A stretch of DNA of 64,000 nucleotides from an uncultured Porphyromonadaceae bacterium (lineage in GTDB: Bacteria > Bacteroidota > Bacteroidia > Bacteroidales > UBA12481): NCBI GenBank assembly GCA_964355105.1, contig CAYHCO010000018.1, positions 5,323-69,322 on the forward strand. The letters run 5' to 3'. The notes under the pieces are model-generated. The model was not told the DNA's origin, ran no database searches, and was given only the letters and a program-made list of their open reading frames with translations. The position numbers and the translations under genes were made by a program. Positions 58,327 through 64,000 of the stretch are shown here, one piece after another. Every line of letters begins with the position of its first letter. Within the stretch, counting starts at the first letter, position 1.

Positions 58327-60924
58327 TTATTTTAGGATCAAGAACTTCGTAGGAAACGAATCTCCGTCAACCGTAAGGCGGAACACGTAGATTCCCGGTA
58401 CCGGCGGCTTTATCCGGAAATTAACCTGGTTGTTCATGATGGTTTCATCGCCGGCCACCTTCTGTCCGTTCATGTTAAAAACAGCTACATCGAGGTGGCT
58501 GAAAATTAAATTACCCAGATCGGCAGTGAATACTCCGTCAGAATAATCGGCAACGATCTTCCTGGTTTCGTTGGCTGCAATTAGCGGCATCCAAGCTTCC
58601 ACCGCTATATCAAGTGACGTATGCACCCCAGCATATTCATCCATTGGATGCCAATTCCCCTCATTGATGATATAGGCGGTATTGGCCCCTTTTTCACCAC
58701 GGTCTGTGGCCATTTTGGATACGAATACACCTTTATCCGCTGAAGGTATTTCATACCCCACGTATATAAGATCATTGTAACTGATCGGGTTCTTAAGCCA
58801 TTTCGTAAACCGTGTGTTATTCTGAAAATTCTTTATCTGAATTGAATCTTTATAAACCATCTGCTGTTCTGAATTCCAAACATACACACGGAGGTAATAA
58901 TCAGGTGCATACCTGGTGAACTGTGCTACGGGAATGGTTATTCCCTGAAGATAATAAGGGAAATGAGACTTCGTTGGGAAAGCCTCGGCAAAGGCGGCCG
59001 CTTCCTGGTAGAGGGTACCGGGGAGATATCCGTCCTGCCGTTTCAGGAACCCGACATGTTCATCATCGGCCACATTTTTAAAAGAAAACATCCTGAATGC
59101 ATTCACTCCGGTTAATACCTTTACCTGATTGTAATGAATCAGGGTATCCGTTTCATCGGAATATTCAACTATTTCTTTTACCGTATATTCTCCTGAGTTT
59201 GCGAAAGAAAGGTCGAAATTCTTACCGATAAATACCGGTTTGGAGGCTCCATCCACAGCCCAGGACACGGATTGAGGATTTCCGGAGCTGTTATCGCTGA
59301 GCTCAGTTAAAAAATTTACCGAAAGGCGGCTCTCCCCTATTTTGAATGATGGGCTCTCCCCAACCACCACGGTTTGAATCAGTGAGTCGGTTCCCAGATC
59401 ATTGCTGACTATCAGTTTAACATGGTAGATTCCGGAAGAAGTAAAATTTACCGGAGTGGGTGTTTGTTCCGTTGAGGTTGCCGGCTCCGCTCCATCGAAA
59501 GACCAGCTCCAGGTTTTTATCAGCCCCGATGAAAGGTCGGTGATGTAGGTCTTTTTACCCGCCTGGATTTTGTCAGGTCTGATAACGAAATTTGCAATCG
59601 GCTTCCCGCCTGCAAACGGATCATATCCGTTGGCCACAAATGCCCCGGTCTGATCAGGATCGAGCCAATATTTCAGCTGGTTGGTTGAATCAGGATATTT
59701 ATCCCAGCTTATCGAAAACTTCTCAAAATAATCGTTGAAATTGTAGGAACAGCTTGCATCTCCACCGGTCAGGTCACCGACAATCCGATGATCCTTGTTA
59801 AAAAGCGGACTTCCTGATGAACCCGGCTCAGTGGTCCCCATATTCCACTCACTGATTTTCCAGTGCGTATTGGTATCGTATCCGCCTCCAAAATCAGCAG
59901 TCAATATCTTTCCAAATGCTTTTGATATTTTTTTCGCATCCCCGTTGGGATGATGAATGCAGGTTACCGAGTCGAGGTATGCGTATATCCTACGGTCCCA
60001 CCCTGCATAATAAGGTTCATAGCTTTTGGGTGGCGTAGTGCTGAGTTCAACCAGGCAGAAATCGACCTTGGAGGTTGTGGCCAGTAACTTTGATCCGTAG
60101 ATTGACAGTATGGCAGGGTTTCCGCTCCCGCAGGATACGCGTTCAAACTTGAAGTAAAAGATGGATGTGCGCGCATGCTCCGCTGTGCCGATGGTGTGAT
60201 TTGCAGTCAGGAGTATCGGCCTTCCGTTATTTCTAGTGTTGTTGATCAGGGCGCCCGAACAAAGCCAACTGCCTCCGCGGATAAATTTCACAACGGCTCT
60301 TTTCTCTGTTTGCCAGGCTGCACCGGCTGGGCAATTGATATCCACATTGCAATCCCCAGATTTCATCAGATCAAAAAATCCCTTAAAATCATGACTGACC
60401 CTGGAGATCACGACCAACGGATTGTCAGAAACATTAGCCGGCACATCGAGTTCAAGGATGAGTTTGTCACCCGGAAGCGGAGTGGTGGCAAATTCACCTG
60501 AGGAGTTGCCGCTGGCTGCCGTGTAAGCGCCCCGGATGGTTTGATAATCCGGGGTGTAAAGGAACAGCGCCGCACCTTCAGGGATCACAAACCGACTGAA
60601 TAACAGGTTAAGCGACAAGGCGTTAGGAGAGTGAATTAATAACCTCCATATTCTCGATCCGTCAGGAAGCGTTTCCCAGGTACCTTTCTCATCCGAGCTC
60701 ACCCGGGTTTCGAAAGGATAGGCAAATAGCATCGCCTTCAACCGGGTAGACAGCGTATCGGCATATGCCTCTTCAGCAGTTTTTGTCAGGCCGGGAAAAT
60801 TAATGGCTGCAGGAGCTGACTTAAGCTTAAGACCCATGGACAGAGGCTTTCCCGGAAATTCAATCTGGGCCGCCAGTGCCAGGGGTATCAAAAAGGCAAT
60901 AAAAACAAGTAACGGCTTTTTCAT
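58327..60924 (-). CDS. S1-family (lysyl-endopeptidase-like) serine protease with PKD domain and T9SS C-terminal sorting domain
   Basis: 865 aa. His LLTANHTIG, Ser TEPGSSGSPLF, a PKD-like segment (WSWSFDG...IYHVKLIVSNDLG) and a T9SS tail (...GIYVFRLTVDGDSFPTKFLILK). Confidence 0.75.
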   Translation of the reverse strand: MKKPLLVFIAFLIPLALAAQIEFPGKPLSMGLKLKSAPAAINFPGLTKTAEEAYADTLSTRLKAMLFAYPFETRVSSDEKGTWETLPDGSRIWRLLIHSPNALSLNLLFSRFVIPEGAALFLYTPDYQTIRGAYTAASGNSSGEFATTPLPGDKLILELDVPANVSDNPLVVISRVSHDFKGFFDLMKSGDCNVDINCPAGAAWQTEKRAVVKFIRGGSWLCSGALINNTRNNGRPILLTANHTIGTAEHARTSIFYFKFERVSCGSGNPAILSIYGSKLLATTSKVDFCLVELSTTPPKSYEPYYAGWDRRIYAYLDSVTCIHHPNGDAKKISKAFGKILTADFGGGYDTNTHWKISEWNMGTTEPGSSGSPLFNKDHRIVGDLTGGDASCSYNFNDYFEKFSISWDKYPDSTNQLKYWLDPDQTGAFVANGYDPFAGGKPIANFVIRPDKIQAGKKTYITDLSSGLIKTWSWSFDGAEPATSTEQTPTPVNFTSSGIYHVKLIVSNDLGTDSLIQTVVVGESPSFKIGESRLSVNFLTELSDNSSGNPQSVSWAVDGASKPVFIGKNFDLSFANSGEYTVKEIVEYSDETDTLIHYNQVKVLTGVNAFRMFSFKNVADDEHVGFLKRQDGYLPGTLYQEAAAFAEAFPTKSHFPYYLQGITIPVAQFTRYAPDYYLRVYVWNSEQQMVYKDSIQIKNFQNNTRFTKWLKNPISYNDLIYVGYEIPSADKGVFVSKMATDRGEKGANTAYIINEGNWHPMDEYAGVHTSLDIAVEAWMPLIAANETRKIVADYSDGVFTADLGNLIFSHLDVAVFNMNGQKVAGDETIMNNQVNFRIKPPVPGIYVFRLTVDGDSFPTKFLILK

Positions 60925-61034
60925 TTAATCCTGCATGATCAGCGCCGTCAAAAGTAGACAAATTCAGTTGATTCCCTCTTTTTGCGGTGACCGGATGGTG
61001 GCCTCAAACCTGTACTGTGCAAAAGTACTGATAA

Positions 61035-63107
<2,073 letters not shown>

Positions 63108-63111
63108 CGTT

Positions 63112-63711
63112 ATGATAGCATTCATTCAACGGATATTTTTGATACCAAGGCTTTTAGCTTATTTTCACCGAAATCAGTCAAAGAAAGCCTTTATTCACCT
63201 GAAAGAGGCAAAGTCTATCGGCATACTTGCCGATCTCAGGAAACCCGGTAATGTGCCAACCGTTGTTCATTTTGCCAAGGCAATACACAAACAGGAGCGC
63301 AGGTGCCACCTGGTCGTGGTTATTCCTGACAAAAGAAAAGAGCTTAACGCTTTTGAATATGAAAAGAATTTCCCGGGGATGCCGGTTGAGCTGATCTGCC
63401 AGGAAGAGCTGAATTTCTTTCAAGCTCCAAAAAAGGAAAAGATCAAGCAATTCATCATCAATAACTTCGATATCCTTTTCTACCTGGATACCGAAGACAG
63501 TTTTACTCTCCAAAGCGTTCTGTGGCAGTCAAAAGCCAAGATGTTCGCTGGTCCTGAGGGTTTTTGCGGTGGCGTTTTTGATTTCGAGATCGGGTTAAGG
63601 GATCGTACAGACCTGACTTATCTTGCTGATAATCTGATGAAATATCTTCAGAATATCCAGAACAAGTCTGAAGGCAATCAGACTGAAAAAGAATCTTTTA
63701 AGCTTTTCTAA
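63112..63711 (+). CDS. hypothetical protein
   Basis: 199-aa ORF tightly packed between ligA and dapA. No family recognised. Confidence 0.5.
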   Translation: MIAFIQRIFLIPRLLAYFHRNQSKKAFIHLKEAKSIGILADLRKPGNVPTVVHFAKAIHKQERRCHLVVVIPDKRKELNAFEYEKNFPGMPVELICQEELNFFQAPKKEKIKQFIINNFDILFYLDTEDSFTLQSVLWQSKAKMFAGPEGFCGGVFDFEIGLRDRTDLTYLADNLMKYLQNIQNKSEGNQTEKESFKLF

Positions 63712-63712
63712 C

Positions 63713-64000
63713 ATGAATACAACCCCACTTAGAGGTGCCGGGGTAGCCCTGGTCACCCCGTTTTTGAATGATGGCAATATTGATTTTCCGGCCTTGAAGC
63801 GGGTTACGGAATTCACCATATCCAAAGGCATTGATTTTCTGGTAGTGCTGGGCACGACAGCTGAAACCCCAACGCTGGAAAAAGAAGAGAAACAGGAAGT
63901 TATCCGCACCATTCTTGAAGTCAGCAGCGGTCGCCTGCCGATTGTTCTCGGAATCGGGGGTAACGATACGAGGGCGGTGGTAAAGCAGATCGGTGAACAG
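63713..64000 (+). CDS. dapA: 4-hydroxy-tetrahydrodipicolinate synthase, N-terminal part (runs off right edge)
   Basis: ATG at 63713. GAGVALVTPF...VVLGTTAETPTL motif. Open to the window end (96 codons). Confidence 0.9.
   Translation, partial: MNTTPLRGAGVALVTPFLNDGNIDFPALKRVTEFTISKGIDFLVVLGTTAETPTLEKEEKQEVIRTILEVSSGRLPIVLGIGGNDTRAVVKQIGEQ

Overview
This is a Bacteroidota-type chromosomal window. The markers are T9SS C-terminal sorting domains, FISUMP and BF3164-like beta-propeller proteins, and a mitochondrial-like acn-icd-gltA operon. The left ~19 kb is accessory and mosaic, with four parts. (i) The right edge of an integrative element abuts a tRNA-Asn 3' fragment with its own terminator (372-463, attR-like). 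(ii) A secreted-protein cluster (two 6-bladed propellers, a CarboxypepD_reg-like protein, a FISUMP protein, a TlpA-like thioredoxin) is interspersed with three copies of a ~200-bp repeat that carries conserved nested helices. (iii) An 820-bp decayed duplicate (5689-6508) matches the terminal genes of part (iv). (iv) A ~10.3-kb phage-satellite-like island (8570-18914) has two XRE regulators divergent from one long leftward operon. That operon encodes small proteins, a P4-alpha-like primase/helicase, a helically phased GTTCC iteron origin, a ClpP-type prohead protease/scaffold, a major capsid protein and two paralogous structural proteins. I recognise no terminase, portal, tail or integrase in it, and it is the most interesting object in the window. 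The remaining ~45 kb is ordinary core metabolism and housekeeping: sdaA-like plus ornithine cyclodeaminase, PduO-type adenosyltransferase, Lrp, pyrD, tRNA-Gly(CCC), a pta-hbd-ackA-ptb-buk cluster, acn-icd-gltA-mdh, a PIN toxin-antitoxin pair, a YdiJ-like FAD/Fe-S oxidase, ggt, a TonB-dependent receptor, folD, ffh, argS, ligA and dapA (partial), plus several secreted/T9SS proteins. All functional calls come from reading motifs and sequence patterns by eye. No database or HMM search was run, and start codons are approximate where noted.
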